Positions 45,990 through 60,970 of a stretch of DNA of 64,000 nt are shown here, piece after piece (the stretch's first letter is position 1; each line of letters starts with the position of its first letter). The translations under genes were made by a program, and so were the position numbers. Source of the DNA: Psammoneis japonica. Its lineage: Eukaryota. Under the pieces are notes generated by a model that searched no databases, had not been told where the DNA came from, and was given only the letters and a program-made list of their open reading frames with translations. The stretch is taken from positions 62,001 through 126,000 of the forward strand of contig QPGO01000079.1 in NCBI GenBank assembly GCA_008632985.1, read 5' to 3'.

Positions 45990-46450
45990 ATCACATGATA
46001 ATTGTGATGAGCAGGGCACTGCAAACTGACACATCACTTGCTCTCGTCTTTCTCTCAGAGGAGGATTTGCAGACACCAGGGGTGCATGTGCACTTTTTGA
46101 AGGGCTTGGGTGCAACTCCAGTGTGGAAACCTTGGAGGTGTGTTTCGCGAGATGACATCAGCTTTGCATGGGCTTTGGCCTTTGGTGAGCTGTTGGTTCC
46201 ATCATCAGGGCACCACTCAAAAAGTTGTTTCTCATGAGTTGTGGCATCACAGACAAGGGTGCAGTGGCTCTTGCACAGGGGCTCAAGAAAATCAAAAGCT
46301 TGAGCTGGTTGAGCGTGGGCTGCAAGAACTCTGCATTGGCGAGAAAGGCCTTTCTGCAATGCTGGAAACAGGGAGAGATCACAGCCAAACAACCACTTTT
46401 GTCTTGATGTGCCTGGTCAGACTTGCAACTGCAGCTCACCAGAAGCAAAC
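45990..46450 (+). pseudogene. LRR protein remnant inside domain D
   Basis: ALQTDTSLALVFL and FLMSCGITDKGAVALAQGLKKIKSLSWLSV resemble RNI-like LRRs. Confidence 0.6.
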
Positions 46451-49400
46451 ATGAGCAATCAGACCCATTTTCTTTTCCTCACTCAGCCACACTGGCTGTC
46501 AACGTGGTGCGGGAGATGTGTCTGTGCCAGCTGCCTTGTGGCCGTGCATCTTGCATGCAAAAGGAAGAGACATCAACTGTGATCCAAGTGTGATGTTTAC
46601 AATGATTCGAGAGAGGCCTGGCATTTTGGCAGCTTTCAAGTTGCAAAAGGTGGCTTGAGGAAATCTGGACATTTGGGTGATGATTTGAGCTCAAACAACA
46701 CAGTCTGACATCTGCTGCTGTGACTGCAACTTGTGGACAGTCTCTTGTGGTGAATCTGGCAGTTGTGCATGCACGGGTTTGTCACTTGCTGCACAGCAGG
46801 TTCAGTTTGCTGCTGCATTGTGGGCTTCAGCTGTTCATGCCATGCAAGCCTGCCACATGGCTGGCGAATCATGCTGCAAAGTGAGTCTGCAGAATGGAGT
46901 GCTGTCATTGGCACAAAGACTTTGGCAGCTTGACACAAATGTGAAAAGCAGCAACATGCACTCTTTCTGCTTAAATTGTGTGTGCTGCATGTTTTGAAAA
47001 CCAACCACTTCTTTGCTCATGCTGCGCGAAGCTGCACATCAATCACGACATTCAAAAATTCAACTGTTGCTTGAGTTTGGACAAATCCAGCACTTGGCCT
47101 CTGCCACAAATTCTCATGTTTCGGTCTTGTTTGTCATTTGCAAGTTGGTTGAAAGCAACTTGGCCAACACAGGCCCTGGTCTGTCAACCATTTAGCAACA
47201 CCGGCCAGCACACCAAGTCTGGAAAAATGCAAACACAAGAAAAAGCATCACAAGAGTTTGCAAAGCAATGGCAATGACAAACAAAGCCCCCTTTTCCCAA
47301 ACCAAGCTTGGCTTGCTTGTCTGCCCAATGCACTTCATGCAAATTCCCATGACAGCTCAATTGCAGGTTCCAGCCATTCATCGAGCCATTCATCCATTCA
47401 AGTTGGCGGCACAAATGTCCAACAGCTTTGGGGCTTTCTCATTCACAACACTGTCAATGAGTGTGGTTGCCAACACAACACCACAAAAGTGTGGGGGCAG
47501 ACCTGATGTTGCAGGCATGGCAAACAAATGGCAGTGCAAGAGTGCAACAAACTCACAAAGCAGCAATGAGAGCATGCAAGACAGGTCTCAGATGACACAC
47601 AATGTGCAAAAAGAATGTGCCATGTGCACAACAAAACCAGCTGTCTTTTGTGCAGGGCATCACATGCCTTTCTGCAGCAGCTCACTGCCATGGCACCCTG
47701 CCCTCCCTTTGCTTTGTTTGTTGCAGCTGTGACAAATGCACCCAGCACCCCAGTCACATGCAGGCTCTCCACATCAAACTTGGACAACACAACAGAACAT
47801 GAAGAAGTCCACAGAATAAAAAGCAAAGTGTGTTTTTGCCACCAAGCTGAGCATGTGTCCATTCTGGAAACTTGCTTCATGCAAGGACACCGTGTGGCAG
47901 CTTTACACCCAGATGCACAGAATAATTCTGCAGACAAATTGATGTGCACAGCATCACTTTCGGTCTTCTCATCACAACCTGAGTGAGCATTTCTTCCTTT
48001 GAACTTGTCTTGACTTTTGCTGCACTTTGGTTGGTTGCCACACACATCTCTGCAGTGCTGGCATGGACATGTCAAAAGCCACTTTGGAGTTGCTTGTCCA
48101 TTGACAAGGGTGGCAAACAATGCATGAATTTCAAGGCAATTGTGTGGAACAACACAGGCTCCTCTCTCTCCACATTGCAGTGCCGCACCTCTGTCCAAAA
48201 TGTCGCCATGCACATCTTGCACACCAGCACAAGGAATTGCTGTTGTGAAAGTCACCACAACAAGTGCAGTGCAACAATCAAACAATGCTTCAAGAAAGTT
48301 CCCAATTTCACCCACGCAATGCTGCATGACAAAATGAGCAGTGCATGACAAACACAAAAAGGTGTGAGAGGTGTCAGAGCAACAGAGACAGCATGACTTT
48401 GAAACAACATAAAATGTTTCTCAAGACTGTCGACAATGCACTGATTCAGTCTCCCACAGATTTTGGATGAGCCAGAGCACAAAGTGACACAGCCTGTGGC
48501 TGAACAACTGCCATGACATGCTCAACAATGTTTTGCACCAGAGCTTGGCACAAAAAATGATCAAGGGGCCACAAGAATTTGATTGACAGGCTTGTTGGCA
48601 AGCTCGGGCATTGGGCATCACATCACCCACTTGCCCAGCTGCATTTCAATGACTGCACATGCAGACGTGGACTTTGCATTCACACCACTTTGAAGACTGT
48701 TGCAAGAGGTGCACTGGAAAGGTTTGCAACCTTTTCCATTGTGCAGTTTGGCAGTTCAATGTAGATTCAAAATTTGCAATGACTGAAAGTTGCAAAATGA
48801 GATGGATGCACATGCAGAGTGTTGCAAAGCAGCTGACTCCAAGCCAGTGCCTCACGGACCAAGAGTGTCAGCAAAAGGAGCCATGATGCTGTTGCCTGTG
48901 ACACAAGCAGCACTCCCCAAGCCACACTTTGCAAAGCTTTGCAGTTCCAACAATGATGTCTTTGCACAGTGTCACTCAGAATGGCCTTGCGCCCCCATCT
49001 GCCTCCCCCAAATCATCTTCATCAGCATCAGCCTGTGCCCCCATGGACTCTCATCATCACTTTCAGTGTCTGCACATGAGCCCCTGCTGCTTTCACCTTT
49101 AACATCACTTTCCTCATCATCTCCTTCAAAGCCATCTTTGGTGCCAGTGACCAGTGATCACCATCTCCAAGGCAGCATGTTGATCCTGAAATGTTGCCAC
49201 ACACAAGCAGACGCCCACACCAAGAACACTTTGCATGTTCCACCAGTGCACTGTGTGGCACAGCAGTGATCAGATGCTCTGACTGGCCCACAGAGTGTCT
49301 GTGAAAAGGCAAGCTCAGTGGCAGAGCTTTGCCGATTGCAGGACAAGGTCAGGGGCTCTTGATCCCTCCCTTTCCCACACACACGTGCTTCTGCCCTCAC

Positions 49401-50703
49401 TCCAATTGTGCCAGGTTTGGAGCCACACAATCATGGACAAGTCCATCTTTGGCAACAATGTTGCTTGTGGCATGAGATGCCGGACATCACTGGCTGCAAA
49501 TTGCACGGTCATCTGATTGGCAGTTTGGGCAGCCTTGCCCAATTTTTTGGAATGTGCAGTGTGGCTGCACGTGCTCTGCATTGGCTCAGATGATGTCACC
49601 AACAAACTTGTGCAGGCAGCCTGCTGGGAAAGACATCCATCTGATTGCATCAAAAATTGCCAACAGACAGTGTTTTTCTTGCTTGCTCAACTTTCTGTCT
49701 TCTGCATCTTGGACAATCACCTTTCTTTCATCTCTCTCACACCATCATTCACATCTGCATGGTCCAAACTGAAGAAACAGAGGCCGCCATTAACAGCCCC
49801 AATTGTCAGCATGCCCCTGGGACAGAGACCAGTTGGGTTGCAGTGCCTTGGCCAAGCATTGACTGAGATTGGGTTGCATGCTGCAGCTTTGCCAGTTGCC
49901 AGATTTGTCAAATCTGTTTGGACAGTGGCCACAGCTAGAGCCAACACGTCGTGACAGTGCTTGCAACAACATTGGAGCTTTGCCTTGTCACCTGAACATG
50001 TGAGGAGGTGGCTGCTCAACTGACAGGTGAAGCTGCCAATCTTTGCCAAACTCTTGCCCCTCTGGTGTGTCCATCAAATGGGACAGTCTTGCCATTCTCA
50101 CACACACTGCATGATCCATGGCCAAGACCAATTGCTGCTCTCACTGTCCAAACATGAGCAATGCCCAAGTTAAAAAAAGACTGAAATGGAAGAAGTTGGA
50201 GAGTGGGGTGCAACAAATTAAATCAAACTCACTTTTTGAGTTTGTCCAACCTTTGCAAGTTTCATTTCTTTCTCTCCATGCTTCAATGCCAACAAAGCCA
50301 CCCCTTCCTCATGTTCATGGTGACAGATGACTTGACATCGAACATTGTGATCCAAGCATTCTCACCACAGTTTTTGTGTTCAGAGAGATCATTCTTGCTC
50401 CTGGCTCAATTGAACAGGAGTGCTGGAGATCCTTTTCCATGTGCCTGACTGACACCACGTTGCACACCTCAGACAAGGCACACGGCACCCCAACTTTCCC
50501 TTCCAGCAGTGCATCAATTTTGGTTGATGGCTTGCAATCAACAAACACCAATTCCTTCCTGTCCCTCTTGCCTTCTCCTTTTTATCTGGCTGGACAGAAT
50601 CTTTCCATGAGCGCACAAAGCTTGGCAGCTGGTTTGTCATTGACCAAATCAGCTCCTTCACAAGACAATTGAAACAAGTCATTCGTGTCTGGATGACTTT
50701 GAA

Positions 50704-51123
50704 TTGGGCATCAGAATGCAAACCAGCAAACACTGCCATCACCACAGCCACAGGACTGCAGAAAGGAACATGTGGATGCAAGTTTACTCACATCTTGCTC
50801 CAGTTCAAAAGACCATTCAAGTTTTGAAAGCTGTGGATCAGAGTGCCCTGCTCATGCCCTTGTTTCAGTCTCTGGTCAGAAATCAGGCAGAGTTGACTGC
50901 AGCAGAGATGACATTGAGAAATGACTTCATGGTGAAAGGAATTCATTGTGACAATGCAGCATGGAGGAATGTTGGTGTCTGTCATCACGAAGGCCACACC
51001 AAAGCCATTGCATTTGACTTGCAGAAAGTGAGCCCTCCTGTCATGAATGATCAACAAGAAGACTGGGTGACACCCGCAATTGAGTCTCTTTCCCAAAAGT
51101 TGAGCAAGCCAACGTGCAAGTGA
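50704..51123 (+). pseudogene. Kinase-like fold remnant (Crinkler/DUF5898-like C-terminus)
   Basis: ALLMP..KGIHCDNAAWRNVG..AIAFDL resembles a degenerate HxDxxxxN...D catalytic arrangement. Confidence 0.45.
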
Positions 51124-54100
51124 TGTTCAAAATTTAAAAGGGGGTGCTTTTTGCAGCCCATGCATCTCAGCATGGAATCTCCCATGGGAAACTGGCACAC
51201 ATCGGGTCATGCAACTTTTCGTTGCAGTGGAAGAAACTCCTGGCATGGAAACAGACACTGCTTTGCAAGACATGAGAAGCCCGTTTAGATTGTTCATTTG
51301 TTGTTTTGTCACCACCGGGTCCAAGGGCACCACAGGCAAAAGAATCCTGTCAAAAAAGGCAGGGTGACAGAGGTTTTTACATGGTGCATGGTGTGTCATT
51401 GGACACCTCCAGCCATCCTGAAAGAAATTGAAATTGAGCACGGAGAGAAAAAGAGAAAGAGGCAAACTTTGACCAAGGCTGCTGTGGCTGCTGGCAGCTC
51501 AAGAAAGAGCAAGAGCTGACAGCAGATCTGCAAAACTTGGAAAAGACATGGAGGCTCCTTTTGAATTCATTGGCTTGCCATCAATGGAGAGAGTTTTGTG
51601 CACCTGATTGTTTGAAACAAAGGCCTGCTTTTTGTGTGGTGCATCGATTGATCAGGAAACTTCCAAATGCAAACAGGGGAATGTTTCTTTTAAAGCAGAT
51701 CAGCTGCACATCATTTGCAACTGCCCAGCAACTCTGAGAAACACCACCCAAGAGCTGTGTCTCATGGAGATCTGTGCACAGCAAGAATCAATGCAATGCT
51801 TCCCTCTCAAAACTGTGCATTTGCTGTTCTTGACCTCTCCCACTGTTCAATCCAAAAACCACCTTCAAGAAACACTTTCTCCTTCTTAAAATGTCCCCAT
51901 CACTCTGGAGTCATGCCATTTTATCCACTGATCCACAGGACCCAACACTTGGGCTGTTGAGTGACTGGCTTCATTGCCCAAGTCTTCAGCTGCCTCTAAC
52001 TGCACTTCCATGGGTGCGATGGTGCTCAACATGGTTTGAATGTTTCCATTTCAAGTCCAGGCAATGCACCCCTCACCCCACCCCTGGGGTTGTGGTTGAG
52101 CACAGCTGACAAGGCAGACACATTGGGGCCTTGCAGCAGCTGCACCCAAAGCAAATTTTGCCCACTGTGTGGTCTTCCTTGTTTGGCACAAACATGCTGG
52201 CTGGCATTGCTCACCTTGGTGTAAAAAGTGCAGCTGATTTTGACACACTGTTCTTGTTCAATGGAAAGGGAGCTGACCACTCTGGAGCATGATTTGTCAT
52301 CAGTTTGGCAAAATCTCTCATTGCAGCCCTCTCAAGAGCAGCTCATGCAGTGGCAGCAATGCTGTCAAATGACAAATGACTTGATTTTGGTGCTGTGCTC
52401 AGAGTTCTGCCATCCCAGTGTGTGACACACACCAGATTGCTGCCAACCAAGAGACCACTTGCCTCAAAAGTGTTTGGATGCAATGCTTGCCATGGCCTGT
52501 TTGACCATCATGTTGGATGGCTTCTGAAGCTGCGGGCCAGTTGTGTCTGGACAAACTCTTGCTGAGCTTGCCTGAGGTGCTGGCACAACTTTGGGAACTT
52601 TGATCTTCCAGCTTTTGTCCTTCTTGTGATTTAGCTCATGACTTTTTCATTCCAGACTCATGACCAACCACTTTTGAAACTCTCCCTTTGTCATTGACAC
52701 AAACACCCCATGTGCTCCAGGTGCTCAGAGGCCTCACAGCACTGCTTTCTTGTGACAGAACATTTTTGACTGTGTGCCACACAGTGCACAATGCACAAGC
52801 ACATTTCCACACATGCTCTTTTGAAAAGTTGTTTCACATGACCTGTTGTGTGAAGCCAAAGGATTTCCATTTTGTCCCCAAAAGAAATGCTGGACTCTGT
52901 GATTTCTTCATGCCTGAAAAGAAAACACCTGGGCACACCACAAATGATGTGCTTCTCAAGCATGGACAAGCACATTCTTTGATTGCAAAATTGTCTCTTT
53001 TCTGTTGGCAACCATTTCCTTGTTCATTTCCTCAGAACTTTGCTGTGGAGCTTGTGCACAGAATTCTTTGAGCTCAACATCCTGTGGTGTCCCAGCTGGG
53101 GCTTGAGCTCATCACGAGGCACCCAAACCTTTCAAAATTTTGAGGCACACCTCAAATGTGTTTGGCCATTTGCTTGGAGTGCATTTTGAAATGAGAGTCC
53201 TCACAACAGAAGGCCGAAATTTGGTGTGAGAGAATGACAATTTGCCATGCATTGGTCACCTCTGCCCCTGCAAAACAAAAGAAGACACCTGACTTTAGGT
53301 GGCATTGGCTGCAGCACCCAAGAAACCAGAGCAACAATGACTGATGATCACTTCTGTGGTTGTGGCAACCCCAACTGTGGGAGCACTTGTTCCAAGCTTG
53401 GCATGCTTTGCAGACTCAATGGGATGAAAAAGAAGCCTGGGTGAACACACCATGCACACTCACCTTTGACCCAAAAATCAAGAGCTGTCTCAAAAACTGG
53501 TTGAGATGTTTCTTGCAGCAGCACCAGCTCTGCAAAGTGAACTCGCCACACCACAAGCCACACACAATCACAAAAAGCTGTTGGCTGCCCATGAGTGCTT
53601 CTTGAAAGAAGGGTGCATGCACCACGCCAACAGCTTTGCCAAGTCAATGCCAGTGAATTGTGGCACAGAGAAAAGGTGCACAATCAAACATGTGGTTTCA
53701 AGAGCTGAGAAAGCTTTTGACAAACAAGAGCTCATGACAAAAATTGCACCCCTGCCATTTGTGAGTTCCCAGCTGCATGTGTTCATTGTTGCTCACAAAT
53801 GTCTTGGTGGCGGAGTGCTCTGCAGCAAGGATCTTCACAAAGACAAAGTCATGTCATTGCTGCTGGCAACCCCCACAAACACACAATGAACAACAATGCT
53901 GCTTTCTCCTTCAACTCACACACAAAATGCTGTTTTGCTGCAACACATCATGTGCACACAAGAACTGAGAGATCACTTGTTGTGCACCATCAAATCTTGA
54001 GCTCCTTTGTTGCCATTCTCTGGCTGTGTCAGCAGCTTTGCTTTTGGCCCTGTGCTGTTGAGTGTGCTCTCAACAAAAATGTCAAGTCCTGGCCACATTG

Positions 54101-55615
54101 AGTTGCTAAAAACAACTCTGCTTCTGGTGCATGTGGTGCAACAACAGGCATTGTTTTCCTTTGCATGCCAATGGGTGCTCCTTGCAGAAACCCAAGACAT
54201 CCATTTGTGCCATGTCAAATTTCATGTTTGCAAATTCTGCACTGTTGCTCTGGCCCTTGATCTCAAAATCAAAGACTGGTCACTGTCTTGTTCTTCACAA
54301 GCTTCAAGGGCCCAAGAACAGCTCACAGCTTGTCATTTTCTTGCAGCGTTGCACAACTCACTCAAAAGCTGCTGCCACATGTGGAGCTGTTGCTTCCCTC
54401 ATGAATTGTGACATTTCATGTGGTGCAGGAGCATTCAAAAACTCTGGCCAAGTGCACTCCATCATGTGTTGCAATTTTCCAACTCCAGAGAGGCGCTTCT
54501 CAGGCTTTTTGCTTTCCTTGCATTTCTCAAGGACAGAGGAGCCTCTGCCTTGGACAAAGTGTGCAGCTTGTGTGTGCCAGCTTCTTCTTTGAGCTCATCC
54601 TTTCAAAGCAAGCTTTGCTCCTCAGCTGGTTGTTTGACACTTCTGCATCTTTCCTTTTTGTTGCAGTCAACTTTGCACCAAACTTGTTTCTTGAGTTCTC
54701 CCAGATGACCATTGCAGCCAAACAGTTTCTTTGTTTTGTCTCTCAGTTTCATTGCTTCACTTTTCCCTCCAGCTGCAAGGCAGTTGCCCACCCACATGAG
54801 CCACCCTGCAATGTTGTGATTTGCCCATCAAAAGGTGCAACACAGACTTTGTTTTGCTCCTTGTGTGTTCCACAAACTCAAACACTCATGTGCCATCTCT
54901 TTGCAACACTGAGCAGCCATTTTGTTTGCTCTGCACAAGGCCCTTGACAATTGCTGCAATGTGCTCCCAGCAAAAAATTTCTCAGACCATTGCTGGTGTT
55001 TGCTCTCCATTCTGAAACACTCCACCAAGAAAAGCTCTTTTTGCTGTCTGTGAGGAGCATGACCAACAGCTCTTCAATGACAACAAGTGCCAGTGCAATG
55101 TGTGCAGTGATGTCATTCATGCCTGGTGTGCAGCCTTGTCATCTTGTGACAATTTTTTGCTGTTGACTTGCTCATGTCTTTGAGCATTGATCTTTGCACA
55201 AGATTCTCTGCTTGGGCCAGCTTGTTGATCTTTGCTGCATGAGTTGACAATGCAATCTCTTCAACTTCCAAGGCACACAGAGTTGTTCATGCATCCTTGC
55301 TCCCACATCTGCTGCCCACCCACACCTGGGTCCACAAGCAGCTCTGCCATCCTGGAAGCTCCAGCAGCCTGTTTGTTTTCACAAATTTGTCAATGCCAGC
55401 TCCTTTTGTCATGCTTGGCTCTCCTTTTTTGTCTTTCTCAGCTAACTCACATTGCACTGCTGAGCCACCTTGCTCAAATTTCTTGGTTTTGCCAGCCAGC
55501 AACCCTCCTTTCCTTTGCAGCCTGCTGCTGTCATGCTGCTGCAACAACAGATGCACTTGCCCTTCAGCTTGCAGCCTTTGTGCATTCATGTGAATTGAGG
55601 GCTGTTTGGCTGGCT

Positions 55616-55925
55616 GGAGGGTGCTTGCTGTCATCTGTGCCAGGCAGCCTTGCTTCTTCATCCGCAAAGAGGAGGAGGGCAACACCTCTGTTTTGTCACC
55701 TCTTGAAGGTCTGCTGTTCTTCATGGAGACTTTTTGCCCATTTTTGCTCCCTGGCCAATGCCCCAACTTGCTCTTTTGGGGAATTGTCCAGCGCCACTGC
55801 AGCCACATCCACTTTGTTGACTTGAGACACTGTCACACATTGTGCTTGTTCTGTGCACCACCAAGTTTCTTGGATGGGCATGCTGGGCCCTCATCTCCTG
55901 GCCTTTCATGCGCAAACTGTTTGCT
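55616..55925. repeat. Dispersed direct repeat, copy 1
   Basis: Shares GCAACACCTCTGTTTTGTCACCTCTTGAAGGTCTGC and TGTTCTGTGCACCACCAAGTTTCTTGGATGGGC with 62431-62755. Confidence 0.85.
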
Positions 55926-58900
55926 GGCCACAAACCCCTGCTGTTTTGTGCAACAGCTTTCCAGGCAATGCAGGAGTCACAACACTGCACACCACACCCA
56001 TCAAAGCCTTCTTGGTTGCAAATGTCATGGTCAAATTTGCTGCACAAATTTGGCTCACAGCTGCAATCTCTTTCTTCCCTGATCAGCAGTGCAGGACACA
56101 CATGTCATGTCATCTGTTTTTCAAAGGCATGTCAGGATCCATGACTTGCTGTGCTGCTCAAGCAAATTTGAGCAAATTTGCAGGCACAAAAAATCTCACG
56201 TGAAAACTGTCAAGTGCTGCAATCATGCAGAATTGCTTGCTGCTCTCATTGCAGTCTGCCTTGGTTGCCTGGACTCTCCACAGCATTTTCTGGGGTGTGA
56301 TTCAAAGCATGTTGTTAGAAGGCTTTTGGAGCTCCAGAACAGTTGTGCCTTCCCCCACACTTGGGGCTCATCTCATGTCTGACAACTCAAGTGGACAGAC
56401 ACTGCTTCCCAAGAATTTGCAAATGAGAGCGCACAACCCATGCAGAGTGGGCATTGCCACATGTGGCAACAAGTCACGAAGCAATGTTGACAGTCAAAAA
56501 TCTGCCATTGCAGCATGCAAGCATTGTCTGCTTTGGGTGCATTGCTGCACAAGAGCTTTTCAAAAATCATGACAACCAGCTCAGCCGCAACAACAAACAC
56601 TGGCGTGGTTTGTGTTGTGGTGGTTGACTTGGGTTGTTGCTCTTGAACTCAGCTGGTGCTGTCACTGTGGGCACTGCACCAAGCCTTGCTCCATCAGCAA
56701 CAGATGTCACAAGCTCAGCTGCTTTTCTCTGCCTGCCAGCACTTTTGTGCACTTTGAACTCTGGAAATCCAGCAAGCTGCCTTCGTTTGTGAGATTTTGC
56801 AAATGTCAAGCTTGTCTTTTTTCAAAAGCCAGGCCTTCACAAAATTCAGCACAACATTTGGCACTGGTTGTGTGCTGTGCATGGCAACAGGCCATGACAC
56901 ACATTTGTGCTGGAGCTTGTGCACCCCAACAGATTTGTGGGTCCTTGCCACTCTTGCTCCTCACCTCACAGCCTCAACACTTGTTCTTGGCTTGGAAGCA
57001 CTTTCTTTTTTCTGCAAACACAGCTGCCAATGTGACAGCATTTTTGGGAAGAAATGTGCTCAATTGACTGAAATGATGTTGGGCCACTTGTCCATCACAA
57101 AGCACCACAATGAAGCCCAGTTGATCTGAAATGTGCCAAGGTCACCAAGCACTGCAAGGTTTTTTGTGCAGGAAAACAAGCACCCTGGACAGTCTGGAGG
57201 AGATGCAAATGCTGCCAAATGAGTGATTCAGACAACCCACCCTTTTTGCTGTTGTGCAGGAAGTGAGACCAGAAAGTGACACAACACACCCAACTTGAGC
57301 TTTTGCTGGCATGCCCTTTCACAAACAAGCGTTTCATCCATCTGAACTTGTGTTGACACAAAGAAAGCATCTGTGTGTCAAAACACGCTGCTTGGCAGTG
57401 GGAAGGTGTTCAGGGTGGGGCTCAGGCATCTGCAGCTCTGCTGTTGACTGTTGACAATCACACCAGTTGCACAAAGAGCTGCAGATTGATGTGTGGAAGA
57501 TGACCAGCCCAGGGGGAGGTTCACAGCTTGCGGTCAACAACCTGCATGTGCAAACCCTGAACATTGGTGGTTTGCCAAAGCCTTGCAAATTCAAAGAGTT
57601 GAGCCAGTGTGACAGCGAAGAGCAGCTGAGTGCACAACATTGACACGCAAGAGACTTGTGTCAAAGTTTGCCAACTCCCACTCTGGGCCACCTTCAGAGG
57701 ATCAAAACTGCAACTCCCACCCAACAAACACAAGTTCTTGAAATGGCAAAACAAAAAAAAAAACATGCACCAGATGGCTGGGGTGTCACAACACAAGGAG
57801 CAGCCCTCGGCAGCAACAATGCTTCAGCTGCAGCATTCCTTGTCTCCATGGACAGGCATTCTGGAGGATGTCTCCAGCCAGCTGCTGGCTGAGAAAATCA
57901 GCTCGTCAGTGCAATTTTGGGGTTGTGTTGCTGCAAGTTTCACGTGCATGCGCAAAAGACATTGAGTCTGTCCAGTGTTCACCAAAAAACCCCAACTCAC
58001 AGATCAACAGACTCTTTCAGTGCAAACATTGCACACAATTCTCCAGCCAGCAGCTGGCTGGAGACTTTCCCCAATTCACAGAGACTGCTTGACTGGTCCA
58101 GTCAACTCAAACTGTTGAGAGCCAACAGCTGTCTAGCAGCACCCTTCCAGACTGTTTCCTGACAGGTTGGTTGGTCATCGCTGTTCTTCTTGGGGCCACC
58201 TGTCAACAAAAAGCTGAGAAATCTGGCTGAAAGTGGCTCTTGAACTTGCAGACCTCCAGGACACCAAGTGCAGCATGGCCTCTCATGAAGCAGAGGAATG
58301 CACTCATTTCAACTTCTTTTTTTTTCCTCTCAGTGTCAGTTGTCATGCCCACAGAAAGCCTGTGCACATGTGCTCAAATCTCTCCAGCAAGAGCGGACAC
58401 ACCATTTTCTTGACAACCACAGCAGAAGACAGTGCTTGCTGCCACAATTGTCAAAGTGGTTTTTGAGTGGACAAAGGTGCTGCATGTGCTTGCTTTTTGT
58501 GCCTGCCAATCACACCCTCTTGATCAAAAGGTTGCCTGCAACATCTTTTCTCTTGCTCCACCTCCTTCCTTGAAGTGCAGGGTCAGAAAAACCTTGCACA
58601 GCATTTGACACAATGTGAAGCAGCAGCAGCACAAAGGATTGAAAAAGCAACCACATCTCTCATGTCAAAAGAAGCACTCCACAGCAAGTCAGCAGAGCTC
58701 CTGCTGTGCTCCCCACCACAGCAAGCTGTGTGAGCACATTGCAGCTGCATTGGCTCCTTTTTTGCAGCCCATTGTCACACACTCCAAAGTGCAAAGCATG
58801 CCCTTTGCACCCCTGTGCTTGAAAATGCTGCTGGAAAAATCAACAAAGTTGTGCATTGGTTTGCCATGCAGAAAGAAAAAATGAGCCTGCTGAGAATTTT

Positions 58901-59179
58901 GCAGTTGAATCTTGCCACCCAGCCATCATGCAACAGCCCAAAATGTTGGTGGTGCCAGACATCTCACTCACAAGCAAATGAGAACTTTCAATCATGTGGG
59001 GTGGATGCAAATCACAAGTCAGCATGTGTGTTGCCCCGCCAAAAGGAGAACAAGGAAATGTGCCCATGTGCTGTGTGTTGTGCACGTGTGTGTGCTGCCT
59101 CCCTGTTTGTGGATGCATGTGAAAGCAAGGTCAATCACACACAATTGATCGGATGTCTAAAATTGCACACACAATCAAC

Positions 59180-60260
59180 AGACAATGTTGACACAAAAGA
59201 TGTCAATGTTGATTGCACCCGGACAATCTGTTGCCACAATTGGATTCTCTAAGAGGCCTTTGCTCTGCAGGAGCAACACAAATGCTTTGGGCCATTGAAT
59301 GCAAAATCCAATCTCACAATTTCCACTTTTCGCAATTTGTTCTGCTTTCATTTGCACTCATTCTTTGAGCCCAGTGCATTGTGCACACACACCACAGAAT
59401 GCAAAATCATGAAAATGAAGCTTCCACCTCCAGTGTCTGCCATGAAGTCTGCCATCAAGCAGGAGAAGATTGCACCTGCGCCGCTGGAGTTGACTTTGAA
59501 GCTGAAGTTGCTGAAGTCAAGCCAGCGCCACAAGAATGGAGGAGTGTTTTTGTCCAGAACAAGACAAGAAGAGTCACACCCACATGATCAATGTTGAGTG
59601 CTGCAATGAGCAGGAAGCTCCCAAGTGCATCGGATTCTTGAAAACATTCAACAAACTCATGGTGGGCCAGAATGTCAAGAAACAAGCCAACAAGCTCCAG
59701 CTTGTGGGCACGTCATTGCAAGAGGATGCTCTGCAAGCTTTTGAGAACAAGGCAATGAATGTTGAAGACAAAAAAGACAAAAGAGCCTTCAAAATTGCCT
59801 GCATTGCCTCTCTGATCATTCTTCCCCAAGAAAGCACTTCAGAATCAGAAATGGCATCTGCAAAGCAATCTCAAGAAGCTGGACTCCACAAAGATCTGAG
59901 AAATCACCACTTGGACACAGGAGGCAGGTCAAGACTTGGGAAACCAAGGGTGGGTTCTTTGTGACTGACAGTCTGTGCTCAGCTCAATTCTCCCCACCTG
60001 AATTTGACAAACATGAGTTGATTGAGAAGATGGTCTGTGCTGAAAACACTGCTGCTTTTTCAAGATGAGATGTGATTGTGGGACATCACTTGATGAGCAG
60101 TCTTGGAACCACACTTGATTTCACAAATGAAGAAATCAAATGGGAAGATGCAGCTGTGCACCAACGAAGAATGTTGAAGGACATGAGTGATGGAGTTTGA
60201 GAGGGCAGGAGTGGGACATGACAGCACTGTTGGAAAGTCTCAACAAGTTGATCTTGTTCA
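59180..60260 (+). mobile_element. Internally deleted Ty3/gypsy copy of the same family as 7420-12410
   Basis: LTR-like 59180-59375. Gag LMVGQNVKKQANKLQLVGTSLQEDALQAFENKA matches VLAGQSIQKQADGFWLMHMLLQGSTLQVFENEA. LMSSLGTTLDFTNEEIKWEDA at about 60090 matches about 10850. Confidence 0.85.
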
Positions 60261-60299
60261 ATGCAAAAACAAGAGAATCTGCTCACATGTCCAGGTGGT

Positions 60300-60970
60300 T
60301 GTTGAGGCTTGGAAGCAGCTGAAACTCATTTGTCAGGATGAAAAGAGGCACTTCAAGATCATCACAATCAGCTCATGGGCATTGTTTGAGATGGTGGAAG
60401 GGTCCTGTGGCTGACTTGTCCCAGAAGAACAAATCCCCAATGAAGAAGATGGGTTCAGCAAGGACGCTGGTGACACCTGGAAGAAATGCCAATGGAGGGC
60501 ACCACCAAACATTGGCATGTCTTGAACAACTTGCACTGGCAATTTGCACTGGGGGGATTGACAACTGTGCCAATTCTGCCAAGGAGGCACTGCAGGTGTT
60601 GGACACATGTTGGTCCAACAAGAAACCTGAGGGCACAAGCTTTGTGTGAAATGAGAAGAAATGGATCAAATGCTGGAAATGTGACAAGTTTGGGCATGTC
60701 AAAAAGGACTGTCCTTTGCTCAATGACAGCGACGATTGTTTGTTGGCAGAGTCAGATGACACAGACCACAGGAATTGGTGGAGCAGCTGAAATGGTGCCA
60801 GACAGCATGGTTTCCAACAGTGTCATTTTCCTGCACTCAGTGTGCATGAGGCCAATCAATCGATGGCTCATGTGAAGGAGTGTGTTGGAACATCAGGGTG
60901 TGAGGTGGTTTTTGCAGGACAAACAGACAATGTTGCAGTGAAGGGTGCACTGACGATCATTGACAACATG
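60300..60970 (+). mobile_element. Retrotransposon gag fragment with CCHC zinc knuckle (probably copia)
   Basis: CWKCDKFGHVKKDC at 60671-60712. Confidence 0.65.

Noticed and set aside
58600..59000. Possible hAT-like transposase remnant (KINKVVHWF..LQL)
   Set aside because: Similarity is too weak to support without a profile search.
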